A stretch of 64,000 bases of DNA from an uncultured Acidimicrobiaceae bacterium (GCA_963750465.1 CAVVRE010000007.1:21818-85817); one strand, 5' to 3'; positions 31,385 through 42,409 are shown, counted from the first letter of the stretch. Numbers and translations are program-made. Notes: generated by a model not told the origin, from the letters alone.

Positions 31385-32617
31385 ATGTTCGGTTGGCATG
31401 TTCCGTCCCCTAATCAAGCAATGCTTATATCCGGCAGCAGGAACCGTGGAGACGCCCCGTTCCGCATCGTCGTGGGGCACGGTTCCTTTGCATTGCCAGT
31501 GCGGAACCAGATCCGGTTCTTGACCCTGTCCATGCAAGAGGCTGAGGTGGCAGAGCCCTGCGTAACCCAGCAGGGCATAACGTTACAGGTGAGAGCGGTT
31601 ATCGCGTTTAAAGTGGGCGACGACAACGATTCCATCGCCAATGCCGGCCGCCGGTTCCTCGACGACCAGGACGCAATGACCGAGCTGGTAGGCCGGATTT
31701 TTGCCGGTCACCTCCGATCGGTCGTCGGTTCCATGACGGTCGAGGACATTATCCGTGAACGCCAAAAACTTGCATCCCAAGTGCTCGACGCGTCGAAGCC
31801 GGAAATGGCGAAATTGGGCCTCGTCGTCGACGCTTTCCAGATCGAATCCATCGACGACGGACAGGCCGGGTATATAAAGGCCCTTTCACAGCCTCATATC
31901 GCGGCGGTAAACCAGGCCGCCCAAATTGCTCAGGCGCAAGCCGACCAGGCCGCCTCGAAAGTGCGTCAGGAGTCCGACCGCAACCAGGCTCAGTACCAGC
32001 AGGAAACGGCCGTGGCCAAGGCTCAGTACCAGGCCGAGATCGACCAGGCCCAACAGACCGCCGGCCAGTCCGGCCCGCTGGCCCAGGCCAGAGCGCTGCA
32101 GGAAGTCCTGTCCGAACAAGCCAAGGTGGCGCAGTCCCAGGGGGAGCTTCGGCGCCAGCAACTGGTGGCCGAGGTGGTGCGCCCGGCTGAAGCCGAAGCC
32201 GAAAAGGTCCGCACCCTGGCCCGCGCTCAGGCTGACGCCACGCGCTTGCAGGCCGAGGCCACAGCCACCGAGGGCGGCGTGGCGCTCGAGCGCATACTGG
32301 TCGAGAACATGCCCCAGATCATGGCCGCCGTCGCCGGCGAGCTGCGCCAGGCCAACGTCACGGTCCTCAACGGCGCCGAAGGGCTCGGCGAGCTGGTGGC
32401 CGGGCTGGCGTCGCAGGTGAACTCGATACTCGGCGTCGTTCGCAACGGCAACGGGAAACTGGACACGTCGTCGGCTCGCCCGGCGCCACTGCGAGCGGCC
32501 CAGGCACCATCGGACGCGCCAGCGCCGGCCGCGGCCCAGGCTCAAGCGGTGGCCGGTCAGTTCCAACAGCCGACCATTGCGGCCGCCCCTCCGGCCCGCG
32601 GACCGGCCCAGAAATGA
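31385..32617 (+). CDS. Flotillin-like SPFH/band-7 protein with coiled-coil and an Ala/Gln-rich C-terminus
   Basis: An SPFH core ('QGITLQVRAVIAFKV...') followed by long 'AQAQADQAASKVRQ...' coiled-coil repeats. Confidence 0.8.
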   Translation: MFGWHVPSPNQAMLISGSRNRGDAPFRIVVGHGSFALPVRNQIRFLTLSMQEAEVAEPCVTQQGITLQVRAVIAFKVGDDNDSIANAGRRFLDDQDAMTELVGRIFAGHLRSVVGSMTVEDIIRERQKLASQVLDASKPEMAKLGLVVDAFQIESIDDGQAGYIKALSQPHIAAVNQAAQIAQAQADQAASKVRQESDRNQAQYQQETAVAKAQYQAEIDQAQQTAGQSGPLAQARALQEVLSEQAKVAQSQGELRRQQLVAEVVRPAEAEAEKVRTLARAQADATRLQAEATATEGGVALERILVENMPQIMAAVAGELRQANVTVLNGAEGLGELVAGLASQVNSILGVVRNGNGKLDTSSARPAPLRAAQAPSDAPAPAAAQAQAVAGQFQQPTIAAAPPARGPAQK

Positions 32618-32649
32618 ACTGACCAGAAATGAACTGACCAGACTGGTGA

Positions 32650-33790
32650 TCAGCAGCGGTCTGGCTGATGCAGAAGCTGTTCGCGTAGGGCCTGGCGCCT
32701 CAGCTTGCCGATCGAAGTCTTGGGCAGGGCAGCGAGGATGACCACTTCCTTCGGCGCGGCAAAGGCGGCCAACTGCTCAGCGACCAGGCCTCGAAGGGCG
32801 GCCAGCTCCGGCGGTCCGGACGGATCCGAAGGGACGACGCAAGCCACGATGCGCTCTCCCCACTCGGGGTCCGGGCGGCTCGATACGGCCACCTCGGCCA
32901 CTCCGGGGTGCTGGCGGAGTATGTCTTCCACGGCCGCCGGCCAGACATTTTCCCCGCCCGTAATAATCAAATCGGAGAGCCGTCCGTATATGTGCAATCT
33001 GCCCGCCTCGTCGATGGCGCCGGCATCACCGGTCGCGAACCAGCCCTTGTCGTCGAGCGGGACGGCGCCGTCCCGGTACGCCCGCAACAACATCGGGCCC
33101 CGCAGCCGGACCTCGCCAGTGGGCGATATCGACATTTCTACGCCGTCAAGGGGTAAACCGTCGTAGACGACGCCGCTGCCTGTCTCGGTCATCCCGTACG
33201 TGGTCACCACGTTGGGGGGCAGGGCGGCGGGCGGCGCCGACCCGCCCAATACGACCTTGTAGAAAGCGCTCGCGCTCACACGGGCGAGCGCGGTCGGGAC
33301 AAGCGAGACGATGACGTCGGGGCCGGCGGCAGCACTGACGGGCGTGGCGTGGAAACCGTCCAGCACGGTGAGGGCCGTTCCCGTCAAGAGCGAACGCGTG
33401 ACCACGGAAAGCCCTCCGATGTGGCTGAGGGGCAGACATGCCAACCAGCGGTGCGCCTCGGGCCTCACTCCCAGCCGGGCCGACGTGGCCCGGGCCGAAG
33501 CGGCGACGGCGTCGTGGGTGAGGACCACCCCTTTGGCCGCTCCCGTACTGGCACTGGTCGCCACCACCAGCGCATCACCCTCCTCCGTCGGCGCCGCTCC
33601 CTCCTGGCGCTCGGTCCCCTCCGCAGTGACCACCCAGGCCGGCCGGAGCATCTCGAGCAGGCGCCGGCGAGCGGGCGGGGCGAGGCGCCCGTCGATGGGG
33701 GCGACGGCGTTCCCCGCGTCCCAGGCGCGCCTCGAGCGCGGCCACGAACTGAAGGCCGCCAGGCAGGTCGATCGCGACGAGGTCGGGCAT
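32650..33790 (-). CDS. menE: O-succinylbenzoate-CoA ligase (short actinobacterial form), with an apparent frameshift at ~33720
   Basis: Adenylate-forming motifs 'TSASTGAAKGVVLTH', 'YGMTETGSG' and 'GWFATGDAG'. The N-terminus 'MPDLVAIDLPGGLQFVAALEAR' is in the adjacent frame. The gene lies within the men cluster. Confidence 0.75.
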
Positions 33791-33852
33791 CTTCGCTAGT
33801 TTGCCGCCAGCGCCCATGTGAGGGCGAGCGTTCGAGAAAGGGGTCACAGCAG

Positions 33853-34731
33853 ATGGTCCAGGAGAGCCCGGCCCGGCATCCGTGGGTGCTCGGGGCGCGC
33901 CCGCGGACGCTGCCGGCCTCTGTCGTACCGGTCCTCGTGGGTACGGGCGCAGCGGCCGCCTACGGCGCCGCCATATGGTGGCGGGCGCTCCTGGCCGGGG
34001 TCGTCGCCCTCTCGCTCCAGATCGGCGTGAACTACGCCAACGATTACAGCGACGGCGTGAGGGGCACCGACGCCGCCCGCGTCGGCCCGGTCAGGCTCGT
34101 GGCGGGAGGTTTGGCATCCCCGGGGGCGGTCAAACGGGCCGCCCTGGCGGCGTTCGGCGTCGCCGGCGCGGCCGGCCTCGTCCTGGCCGCGGTGGCCGGG
34201 TGGTGGCTGGTGGCGCTGGGCGCGGTATGCGTCATCGCGGCCTGGTCCTATACCGGGGGACCACGCCCGTACGGCTACGTGGGCCTGGGTGAGGTCTCGG
34301 TGTTCGTGTTCTTCGGGCTGGTCGCGACCACCGGCACTGCCTACGTCCAGACCGACATGCTGACGTCGCTCGAGGTCCTGGCCGCCGTACCGGTCGGGCT
34401 CATAGCGGTGGCCTTGCTCGTGGTCAACAACCTGCGCGACATCCCCGGGGACACCGCTGCGGGCAAACGCACCCTGGCCGTACGCATCGGCCCGGCGGCG
34501 ACGCGGCGCCTGTACGAGGCGTGTGTGCTGCTCGCCGTCCTGCTCGTCGTGCCCATAGCGTTCATCCGCCCGTGGGCCCTTCTGGGCCTGGCCGCCTTCC
34601 CGGTCGCCATCGCTCCGGTGCGGGCTGTCGCCTCGGGGGCGGAGGGGCGGGCGCTGATCCCGGTCCTCGGGGCCACTGGGCGGGCGCAGCTCGTGCTGGG
34701 CGTACTACTCGCCATCGGCCTGGCCCTCTGA
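33853..34731 (+). CDS. menA: 1,4-dihydroxy-2-naphthoate polyprenyltransferase
   Basis: UbiA-family membrane protein 'NYANDYSDGVRGTD...VVNNLRDIPGD'. ATG at 33853. Confidence 0.85.
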   Translation: MVQESPARHPWVLGARPRTLPASVVPVLVGTGAAAAYGAAIWWRALLAGVVALSLQIGVNYANDYSDGVRGTDAARVGPVRLVAGGLASPGAVKRAALAAFGVAGAAGLVLAAVAGWWLVALGAVCVIAAWSYTGGPRPYGYVGLGEVSVFVFFGLVATTGTAYVQTDMLTSLEVLAAVPVGLIAVALLVVNNLRDIPGDTAAGKRTLAVRIGPAATRRLYEACVLLAVLLVVPIAFIRPWALLGLAAFPVAIAPVRAVASGAEGRALIPVLGATGRAQLVLGVLLAIGLAL

Positions 34732-35523
34732 CCCGCCGGTCGGAGAGCTCTCGTAGAAGTTCGCTATCGCCGCCGCCACCTCGCCGGGCCGTTCGAGATG
34801 ACATGCGTGGCCGGCGGCGGCCACGACTTCCGTCGATGCCAATGGGCCGATAAGGTCCGCCATCCGTTCGGCATGGGCTCGGTAGGCATGATCGAGCTCG
34901 CCCACGATCAGCAGTACCGGTATGCCCGCCTCACCCAACTGGCCCAGCCTCGGCCACAACGGCTCCTGAGCCCCGGCGCCCGCCAAACGCAAGCTGGACG
35001 CGAGACCGGCGGGTGGGTTGTTGACCCGGTCCTCGAGCCCGGCATCCCCGGCCGCCAGCGTGGCGAACAGCGGTTGGGCCAGCCACCAGGTCAGGAACCG
35101 TTCCGTACCCTCGTTCTCGATACGCGTGGCCAGTGCCTCGTCGGCGGTGCGGCGGGCGGCCCTCCTGGCCGGGTCGTCGATGCCCGCCGACGTGCTGATG
35201 AGGACCAGCCTTTCCACTTGTCCAGGGTGGGTGAGGGCAAGGTGCAGCGCCGTGCGGCCACCCATCGAATAGCCCACCCAGGTCGCCCGGTTGGGGACGG
35301 CCTGGGCCAAGAGGTCGGCCGTCTGCCAGAGGTCGGCCCGCACGCCGGACGAGCCGCCGTGACCGGGAGCATCGGGGAGGACCACCGGAAAGCGGCCCCG
35401 CAACGCCTCGAGCACGGGAGCCCACGATGCGCTCGTCTGAGTGAAACCGTGCAGGAGCACGAGCGGAGTTCGGCCTCGGCCGGTAACGTCGCCAATGGCG
35501 CGGAACGACAGCCGTCCCGCCAT
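34705..35523 (-). CDS. menH: Alpha/beta hydrolase, probable SHCHC synthase
   Basis: 'PLVLLHGFTQTSASW...GYSMGGRTALHLALTHP'. The start is taken at 'MAGRLSF'. The longer listed ORF reads into the upstream tandem repeat. Confidence 0.7.
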   Translation of the reverse strand: MAGRLSFRAIGDVTGRGRTPLVLLHGFTQTSASWAPVLEALRGRFPVVLPDAPGHGGSSGVRADLWQTADLLAQAVPNRATWVGYSMGGRTALHLALTHPGQVERLVLISTSAGIDDPARRAARRTADEALATRIENEGTERFLTWWLAQPLFATLAAGDAGLEDRVNNPPAGLASSLRLAGAGAQEPLWPRLGQLGEAGIPVLLIVGELDHAYRAHAERMADLIGPLASTEVVAAAGHACHLERPGEVAAAIANFYESSPTGGSEGQADGE

Positions 35524-35525
35524 TG

Positions 35526-35605
35526 GCGCCCCCGTCATTCGCACCCCCGTCAGTGGCACCCCCGTCAGTGGCACCCCCGTCAGTGGCACCCCCGTCAGTG
35601 GCACT
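35526..35605. repeat. 15-bp tandem repeat GCACCCCCGTCAGTG (4 perfect copies plus 1 degenerate and 1 partial) in the divergent menH-menD intergenic region
   Basis: Perfect copies at 35541, 35556, 35571 and 35586. Confidence 0.85.
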
Positions 35606-35690
35606 CGGTACTCTTCCAGGTCGTGACCCTCTACCCACGGGCGATCCACTGCTGCCGGACGATCCTCAGCCACGAAGCGATTCTGGCGCA

Positions 35691-37633
35691 ATGACAAGCC
35701 GTCCGGCACCAGAAGACGTTCAGGCCGCCTTTGCCACCGTGCTGGTTGACGAATGGTTGCGGGCCGGCGTAAGCGATGCGGTGGCCTGCCCGGGCTCGAG
35801 GTCGACCCCCCTGCTCATCGCCCTGGCCGAGGCGGCGGAGCAAGGCGCGCTACGGCTCCATGTACTGGCCGACGAGCGTTCGGCCGGGTTCTTCGCTCTC
35901 GGCCTGGCCCTGACGACGGGGGTGCCGGCACCGGTCGTAACGACGAGCGGCACCGCCGCCTCCGAACTGCACCCGGCGGTCATCGAAGCCCACCACGCCG
36001 GGGTGCCCATGGTGGCCGTAACGGCCGACCGCCCTCCAGAGCTCCACGGCTTTGGCGCCCCCCAGACCGTCGACCAGGAAGGCCTCTTCGGTAGGGCTGT
36101 CCGGTGGGAGGTGCACCCTGGGCCCCCGAGCTGGCCGCCGCCTGGTCCTGGCGGTCTTTGGCGTCCCGGTCGTTCGCCGAGGCCTGCGGCGGCGCCCACC
36201 GTCCCGGGCCGGTCCACCTCAACCTGGCCTTCAGGGAGCCCTTGCTCGGTTCGTCCGCCGCCGTCCTCCAGGGAACGCCCGACGGAGCCGCCGATGCGGA
36301 CATCGAAGCGGCGTTGGGCCCAGCAGCAGGCCCCGACCGGGCCAGGGCCCTTCGGCGGCTCCGGCTGGGCCGGGCGGACGGCGGACCGTGGCATAGCCGG
36401 GGATGGACCGGGCCGGGGCTGTCGCCACCGCCAATGGGTGCAGTGGAGCTGTTGGCCGCGGCCGGAGAACGGGGCCTGATAATCGCCGGCGCCGGCGCCG
36501 GCGATCCCGAGGCGGTCTGGTCGCTCTCGAAAGCCACCGGTTGGCCCGTCTTGGCTACGCCGCAGAGCGGTTGCCGCCTACCTGGGGCCATCGCGTCCGC
36601 CGACGCTCTTGTGCGCACCGAGGTGGTGCGCCGGTGGCGGCCCGACCTGGTCGTGCGGCTGGGCGCCCCGTGGGCTTCCCGGGTGCTCAACGAATGGCTA
36701 GCCGGTCTCAGCTGCACCCAGGTCCTGGTCGACCCGGGTGGGACGTGGACGGCGCCCGATCGTCCACCGGGGGACGTGATCATAGCCAGCCCCGAGCTGG
36801 TATGTCAGGAGGCGGCGGCCAGAGTGAAGGCCGGCTCATCTGACCACTGGGGAGGCTCCTGGGCGCGCCAATGGAGCCTGGCCGAGGGCACGGCTCAGGC
36901 CGCCATCGACGCCGCACTGACGGCCGAAAACGGTTTGACGGAACCGGCCATCGCCCGCACCCTGCTGGAAAAGTCCCCCGTTGGAGCGACCATCTTCGCC
37001 TCGTCATCCATGCCTGTGCGGGAGGTGGAGTGGTGGAGCCAGCCCCGAGCGGGGGTCAGGGTCCTCGCCAACCGGGGCGCCAACGGCATAGACGGCGTGT
37101 TGTCGACCGCCCTCGGTGTGGCCGCCTCGCTCGTATCGGTGCCCCCACGCCCACTTCGCCCGGGGCGCGCCGGTGCGGAGGCCTCTGGCGCACCGGCCTC
37201 GATGGTTGCCGCCACCCCCGGGCCCGGCCCGGCCCCGGTCATCGCCCTCCTCGGCGACCTCGCTTTCCTCTACGACGCCACCGCCTTGCTCGCCGGCGCC
37301 AAGGCCGGGGTCGACCTCGACGTGATCGTCGTAGACAACGACGGCGGTGGTATCTTCAGCTTCCTCCCCCAGGCTTCGGGCCAGCCGGCGGCGCGGTTCG
37401 AACGGTTGTGGGGCACGGCGCACGGCGCCGACCTCGTGGCGGTGGCCCGTGGCTATGGCGCGGCGGCCGAGGAGCTAGCCGACCTGAAGAGCCTGACCAC
37501 CTGCATGGCCGGCGGAGGTGAGGGCAACGGTTTGCGCGTGTTCGTAGCCAAGACGGACCGCGCCGCCAATGTCGCGGTTCACCAGCGCCTGAACAGGGCG
37601 GTGGAGAAGGCGGTGCAGAGCGCCGTCGGGTAG
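35691..37633 (+). CDS. menD: SEPHCHC synthase (ThDP-dependent), with an apparent frameshift at ~36110 in a C-run
   Basis: 'VACPGSRSTPLLIAL...' ThDP enzyme N-terminus and 'GDLAFLYD...NDGGGIF' ThDP-binding motif. Frames 35523..36479 and 36104..37633. Confidence 0.85.
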
Positions 37634-37677
37634 GGCCGGGCCGGCCAGCGGTCGCGGCGGTCACGGCCGGCGAGAGG

Positions 37678-38979
37678 TTACGGCCGGACGAGGGCGGCCA
37701 GGAGGGCTTGGAGCTTCAGCTGGGTCTCGCCCAGTTCGGCGTCGGGGTCCGAACCAACGACGATGCCGTTGCCGGCGTACATGACGGCCCGGTTCCCCGA
37801 GACGTGAGCGCTGCGCAGCCCGAGCACCCATTCGCCATCCCCGGCGCTGTCGACCCACCCGAGCGGCCCGGCGTAGCAACCACGGTCGAACCCCTCGTTC
37901 TGGCGTTGCCACTGGATGGCTGCGTCGACCGGTAGGCCGCCCACGGCGGGTGTCGGCTGGAGGAGGGCAGCGAGCTCGAGGCTGGTCGGCAGCCCCGGGC
38001 CCTGGCTCTGGTCCTTGCCATTGCTGTGTGAGCCTCCGTCCGCGGCCCAACTGCCGGCGCCTTCATGAAGCGTTCCTTTGATCGACGTCCCGAGGTGGGA
38101 GACGTTGCGGAGGGCCACGACCGACGGCGCCTCCGGAACGTGCAGCGAGGCGAGCGGGCTGAGCTTGGCCGCGATCTGGTCGACCACCAGCTGGTGCTCG
38201 CGGCGGTCCTTGCTCGACGACATGAGCGCCGCCACCAGGGCGTCGTCAGTGGCGGGATCGCCGCTCCGGGCCACCGTGCCGGCCAAGGGGTGACTTTCGA
38301 TATCTGTCCCGTTCCTGCGCAACAGGGTCTCAGGGCTGGCGCCGAGGAAGCCTTCGACATGGAACACCGCGCACGACGGGTACAGGTGCGCGAGGCGGGA
38401 CAAGGTCTCGGGCAGGGCGAACGGACGGTTGGCCACCACCTCGACCTGCCGGGCCAGGACGACCTTGGACATAGCGCCGCTGTCCATCTCTTTCACGGCC
38501 CGGGCCACGAGGTTCTTCCAGTCCTCGTGGGGCACGGTGGCGCCCAGTTCGAAGCGATCGGGCAGAACCGTCGAGGCCGGGCTGCGGCCCAGTTCGGCCA
38601 GTTCGTCGTCGATGGCCTCCCGGTAGGTGGAGGGCGAGGCCCCCGGCCCGGCCGGGACGGTCAGGGTCACCCAGGCACTGTCGGGCCGAAGCGTTATCAC
38701 CAAGCGGGGGACGCTGAGGTGGCCGGGCGCGGAGGGGTCGTACGGCAAGGCGCCGATCGCCACCGGCCCGCCGCCGGGCTGGGCCGGCTTGTGCTCGGTG
38801 TTGATGGCGGAAAGGGCTCGTTGGACGAGCGAGGTGTGCTCGGGCGCCGCCCAGCCCGCCAGCAACGGGAGGCGTAAAGCCTCCCCGGACCCTAGGATCG
38901 TGAGCTCGCTCTTGGCCCACAGGTACCGGTCGGGGTGCCCGCCCGCTTTGACCAGGTCGGGGACCGAAGCGGGATCCAC
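37678..38979 (-). CDS. menF: Isochorismate synthase
   Basis: Chorismate-binding family motifs '...SPETLLRRNG...HPLAGTV...GPLGWVDSAGDGEW'. Lies within the men cluster. Confidence 0.85.
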   Translation of the reverse strand: MDPASVPDLVKAGGHPDRYLWAKSELTILGSGEALRLPLLAGWAAPEHTSLVQRALSAINTEHKPAQPGGGPVAIGALPYDPSAPGHLSVPRLVITLRPDSAWVTLTVPAGPGASPSTYREAIDDELAELGRSPASTVLPDRFELGATVPHEDWKNLVARAVKEMDSGAMSKVVLARQVEVVANRPFALPETLSRLAHLYPSCAVFHVEGFLGASPETLLRRNGTDIESHPLAGTVARSGDPATDDALVAALMSSSKDRREHQLVVDQIAAKLSPLASLHVPEAPSVVALRNVSHLGTSIKGTLHEGAGSWAADGGSHSNGKDQSQGPGLPTSLELAALLQPTPAVGGLPVDAAIQWQRQNEGFDRGCYAGPLGWVDSAGDGEWVLGLRSAHVSGNRAVMYAGNGIVVGSDPDAELGETQLKLQALLAALVRP

Positions 38980-39060
38980 CGAGAAGGTGAACGCCCTGAG
39001 TTGGCGGGCGGCCCCGAGGGTGTCGGAGACATGGGCGTGGGCGGCACGTCGGGACGCGCC

Positions 39061-39157
39061 GGGCTGCAGGGTCTCGGGCTGCAGGGTCTCGGGCTGCAGG
39101 ATCTCGGGCTGCAGGATCTCGGGCTGCAGGATCTCGGGCTGCAGGATCTCGGGCTGC
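39061..39157. repeat. 15-bp tandem repeat GGGCTGCAGG(G/A)TCTC (6 copies plus partial) between menG/ubiE (stop 39197) and the menF start (38979)
   Basis: Two G-variant then four A-variant copies read directly. Confidence 0.85.
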
Positions 39158-39196
39158 TCGCCTGTGGGTGCCGGGGCGGGGCCCGGCCGGAGACCC

Positions 39197-39934
39197 TCAC
39201 GAACCGCTCAGCGGCTGGCGGGTGGCCACGTACAGCTGGCTGATGCCGCCCGACAGCAGTTCGTGTTCGACGGCGCCGAAACCGGCCCGTTCGAGCAGCT
39301 TGACCACCTCGGGCGGGGGCGGGAGATAAGCAAAGCTACGGGGCAGGTAGCGGTAGGCGTCGGCGTCCGACAACACCGAACCGACCAAGGGGACGGCGTA
39401 GGTCGACCAGTAGCGGTGCCCCAGACGCAGCAGGCCGGCCTCCGGCTCGGCCAGGTCGAGCAACGATATACGGCCTCCAGCACGGACGACCCGGGCCAAT
39501 TCGGCGAACAGGTCCCCGAGGTCGACGACGTTGCGCAGCGCGAACCCGCTCACGGCGCCGTCGAAAGCGCTGGCCCGGAACGGAGCCGCCAGCGCGTCAG
39601 CCAGGACCAGGGGGGCGGTGGTGTGGGCGTGCGCGAGCATGCCGGGAGAGAGGTCCACGCCCACCGGACGATGGCGGCGGGCGGAAAGCTCCCGGCAGAG
39701 GTCGGCCGTCCCGCACGCGACGTCGAGCACTACCGAGCCGGCGGGGAGGTCCAGGGCGTCGACGCAGCGGTGGCGCCAACCGCGGTCCATGCCAAAAGAC
39801 ATGAGGCTATTGACCAGCTCGTAGCGCCCGGCGATGGCGTCGAACATGTGCCGGACAGCCCGGACCTTTTCGTCGCCTTCGGGCAGGCCCTCCCGGCCGT
39901 CAGTCGTAGTAGCGGAAGAGGACATCTGCGACAC
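39197..39934 (-). CDS. menG: Demethylmenaquinone methyltransferase (UbiE/MenG family)
   Basis: 'VLDVACGTADL' SAM motif and an 'RNVVDL' UbiE signature. Confidence 0.85.
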   Translation of the reverse strand: MSQMSSSATTTDGREGLPEGDEKVRAVRHMFDAIAGRYELVNSLMSFGMDRGWRHRCVDALDLPAGSVVLDVACGTADLCRELSARRHRPVGVDLSPGMLAHAHTTAPLVLADALAAPFRASAFDGAVSGFALRNVVDLGDLFAELARVVRAGGRISLLDLAEPEAGLLRLGHRYWSTYAVPLVGSVLSDADAYRYLPRSFAYLPPPPEVVKLLERAGFGAVEHELLSGGISQLYVATRQPLSGS

Positions 39935-40355
39935 AAGAAGGTTTGTCTGAACCCTCGACCTCGAACGTCACCTTCACCGTTACCTGCCTACCGCCCTCGA
40001 ACTCGTCCACGGACTCGAGGCTGGCGCCGCAGCGCAGCTTCGACCCTACAGGCACGGGCGCCGGGAACCGGACCCGGTTGAGCCCGTAGTTCACGGTGAA
40101 CCGGGGCCCCTCGACGGCCAGGATCTCGCCCAGAAGGGCGGGCACCAGGGAGAGCGTGAGGTACCCATGGGCGATCGGGGTACCGAAGGGCCCGGCTTTG
40201 GCCCGTTCGGGGTCGACGTGGATCCACTGGTGGTCGTCCGTGGCGTCTGCGAAAAGGTTGACCTGGTCCTGAGTTACGGTGTGCCAGCGGCTGTACCCGA
40301 GGTGCGACCCGACTTTGGCCTTCAAGTCGTCCACGGTCAGCGTGTTGGTGCTCAT
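39900..40355 (-). CDS. MaoC-like (R)-specific enoyl-CoA hydratase / hot-dog fold dehydratase
   Basis: '...FADATDDHQWIHVDPERAKAGPFGTPIAHGYLTLSL' hot-dog signature. Confidence 0.8.
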   Translation of the reverse strand: MSTNTLTVDDLKAKVGSHLGYSRWHTVTQDQVNLFADATDDHQWIHVDPERAKAGPFGTPIAHGYLTLSLVPALLGEILAVEGPRFTVNYGLNRVRFPAPVPVGSKLRCGASLESVDEFEGGRQVTVKVTFEVEGSDKPSCVADVLFRYYD

Positions 40356-40624
40356 GCCGGCAGGTTAGGTCAACCGGGCCGGTGGCGGCCAAGCCGGTCG
40401 CCATGCCAGGTCGCCGGCGGTCAGCGCCGGGCCTGCGCCCGCGCCGTGACCAGTTTTCCCCGGAAAACGAACAAAAATCGCGCTCGGCGCCACTGGCCCG
40501 TCGAGAACTGGACACGACGCCGGCACCCGGGAGGGGGCTACGTGCCACTTTTCGACGCGTCGTACGGAGCACCCGACCCGCGACCAGCTCCGGGGCCCCC
40601 GCCGAGCGGTAGCATGGCCCGCTG

Positions 40625-41972
40625 ATGTTCGAGGCCCTTTCCGACCGGTTCGAAGGTATTTTCACCCGCCTTCGGGGCCGGGGCCGGCTCAACCAGGAGG
40701 ACGTCGACGAAGCCCTGCGGGAAATCCGCATGGCCCTGCTCCAGGCCGACGTCAACCTGCTGGTGGTGCGGGACGTCATCGGGCGCCTGCGGACGGAGCT
40801 GGTCGGGCGCCGAACTGGCCCGCAGCCTGACCCCGGGCCAGCAAGTCGTCAAGGTGGTCCACGACGAGCTGGTGAGGGTCCTGGGCGGGACGGCGCTGAA
40901 GATCACGTACGCTCCCCGGCCTCCGACGGTCGTGCTCCTCGCCGGCCTGCAAGGCGCCGGCAAAACGACGGTCGCCGCCAAGCTGGCCCGGTGGTTCAAG
41001 CAGCAGGGACGCAACCCGCTGCTCGTGGGGACCGACCTTCAGCGCCCAGCCGCCGTCGAGCAGTTGCGGGTCCTGGGCAGCCAGATAAGCGTCCCCGTGT
41101 TCTCAGAACCCTCGGACCCGGTGACAGTGGCCAAAAAAGGCCTGGCCGAAGCGCTCCGAATAGGGCGGGACGTTTTGATCGTCGACACGGCCGGCCGCCT
41201 GCACATCGACGGCGAAATGATGGAACAGGTCCGCCAGATCTCGGAATCGGTCGAACCTCATTACACGTTCCTGGTTATCGACGCCATGACCGGCCAGGAC
41301 GCCGTTACTACGGCCGAGGCTTTTCACAAGACGCTGGACCTCGACGCGGTCATCTTGACCAAAATCGACGGCGATGCCCGCGGCGGCGCCGCGTTGTCGG
41401 TCAAAGAGGTGGTGGGCCGGCCGATCGCATTTGCATCGACGGGGGAAAAGTTAGAGGACTTCGAGCTTTTCCATCCGGACCGTATGGCCGGCCGGATCCT
41501 CGGGATGGGCGACGTGCTCACCCTCATAGACCGGGCCGAAGAGGTAATGGAGCGGGAGGACGCCGAAAAGGCGGCGGCCAAACTGGCCGAGGGCCGTCTC
41601 ACGCTCGACGATTTCCTGGAACAGTTACAAGCGGTCAAGAAGATGGGCCCACTTTCGGGCCTGGTCGGGATGCTGCCCATGGTCCCGAAAGAAGTCCGCA
41701 ATATGGAGCTCGACGACTCGATGCTGAAACCGGTGGAGGCGATCATCCATTCGATGACGCCGGCGGAAAGGGCGGACCCAGCGCTCATCAACGGCTCCCG
41801 CCGTTCTCGCATCGCCGCCGGTTCGGGGACGACCGTGCAGGACGTGAACGAGCTCCTCGAGCGGTTCAAGCAGGTCCAGGCGTACATGCGCCAGATGCCC
41901 GGCCTGGCCGGGGCGGCCGCCCGCCGCAGCGCCGGGAAAAAGGCGAGCGCCAAGCGCAAAAAACGTCGGTGA
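40625..41972 (+). CDS. ffh: Signal recognition particle protein Ffh, with an apparent frameshift at ~40820
   Basis: N-domain 'ALREIRMALLQADVNL', G-domain 'LLAGLQGAGKTT' and 'DTAGR', then M-domain. Frames 40625.. and 40854..41972. Confidence 0.85.
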
Positions 41973-42103
41973 CCTTTTCAGCCGGGGCCAGCGGCTGCTA
42001 ACGCTGGTCCATCTCGCCTACACTTACGCGGTCCAACATGTACTGGTAACGAGCTCGCGGCCTCGCCCGCGGTTCACGGGCAGAGGGAACAAAAGGCAAA
42101 AGT

Positions 42104-42409
42104 ATGGCAGTCAAGCTCCGCCTGATGCGGATGGGCAAGACCAAGCAACCCACCTACCGGCTGGTAGCGGCGGACAGCCGTTCGCCGCGCGACGGACGCT
42201 TCATCGAGATCGTCGGCAGCTACGCACCCCGCAAGCCCGACCAGAAGTACGTCCTCAAAGAAGACCGGGTGACGCGCTGGCTCCAGGAAGGGGCGCAGCC
42301 GACCGACCGGGTCCGGCGCATCCTGGTCGACGCCGGCCTGATGGCGGCCACCCCGATTCGCCAGACGCCCGCCAAAAAGGCCGAACGGCCGGCCGAGAAG
42401 GCTAAGTGA
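42104..42409 (+). CDS. rpsP: 30S ribosomal protein S16
   Basis: '[35 protein letters not shown]'. Confidence 0.9.
   Translation: MAVKLRLMRMGKTKQPTYRLVAADSRSPRDGRFIEIVGSYAPRKPDQKYVLKEDRVTRWLQEGAQPTDRVRRILVDAGLMAATPIRQTPAKKAERPAEKAK

Noticed and set aside
35526-39157. Tandem repeat arrays considered as CRISPR
   Set aside because: The units are contiguous with no spacers, only 14-21 bp long, and no cas genes are nearby.
38627-40081. 484-aa plus ORF containing 'GCRVSGCRISG' repeats
   Set aside because: It overlaps menG/ubiE and the MaoC gene on the opposite strand. Its repeat region is simply the intergenic 15-bp tandem array translated.
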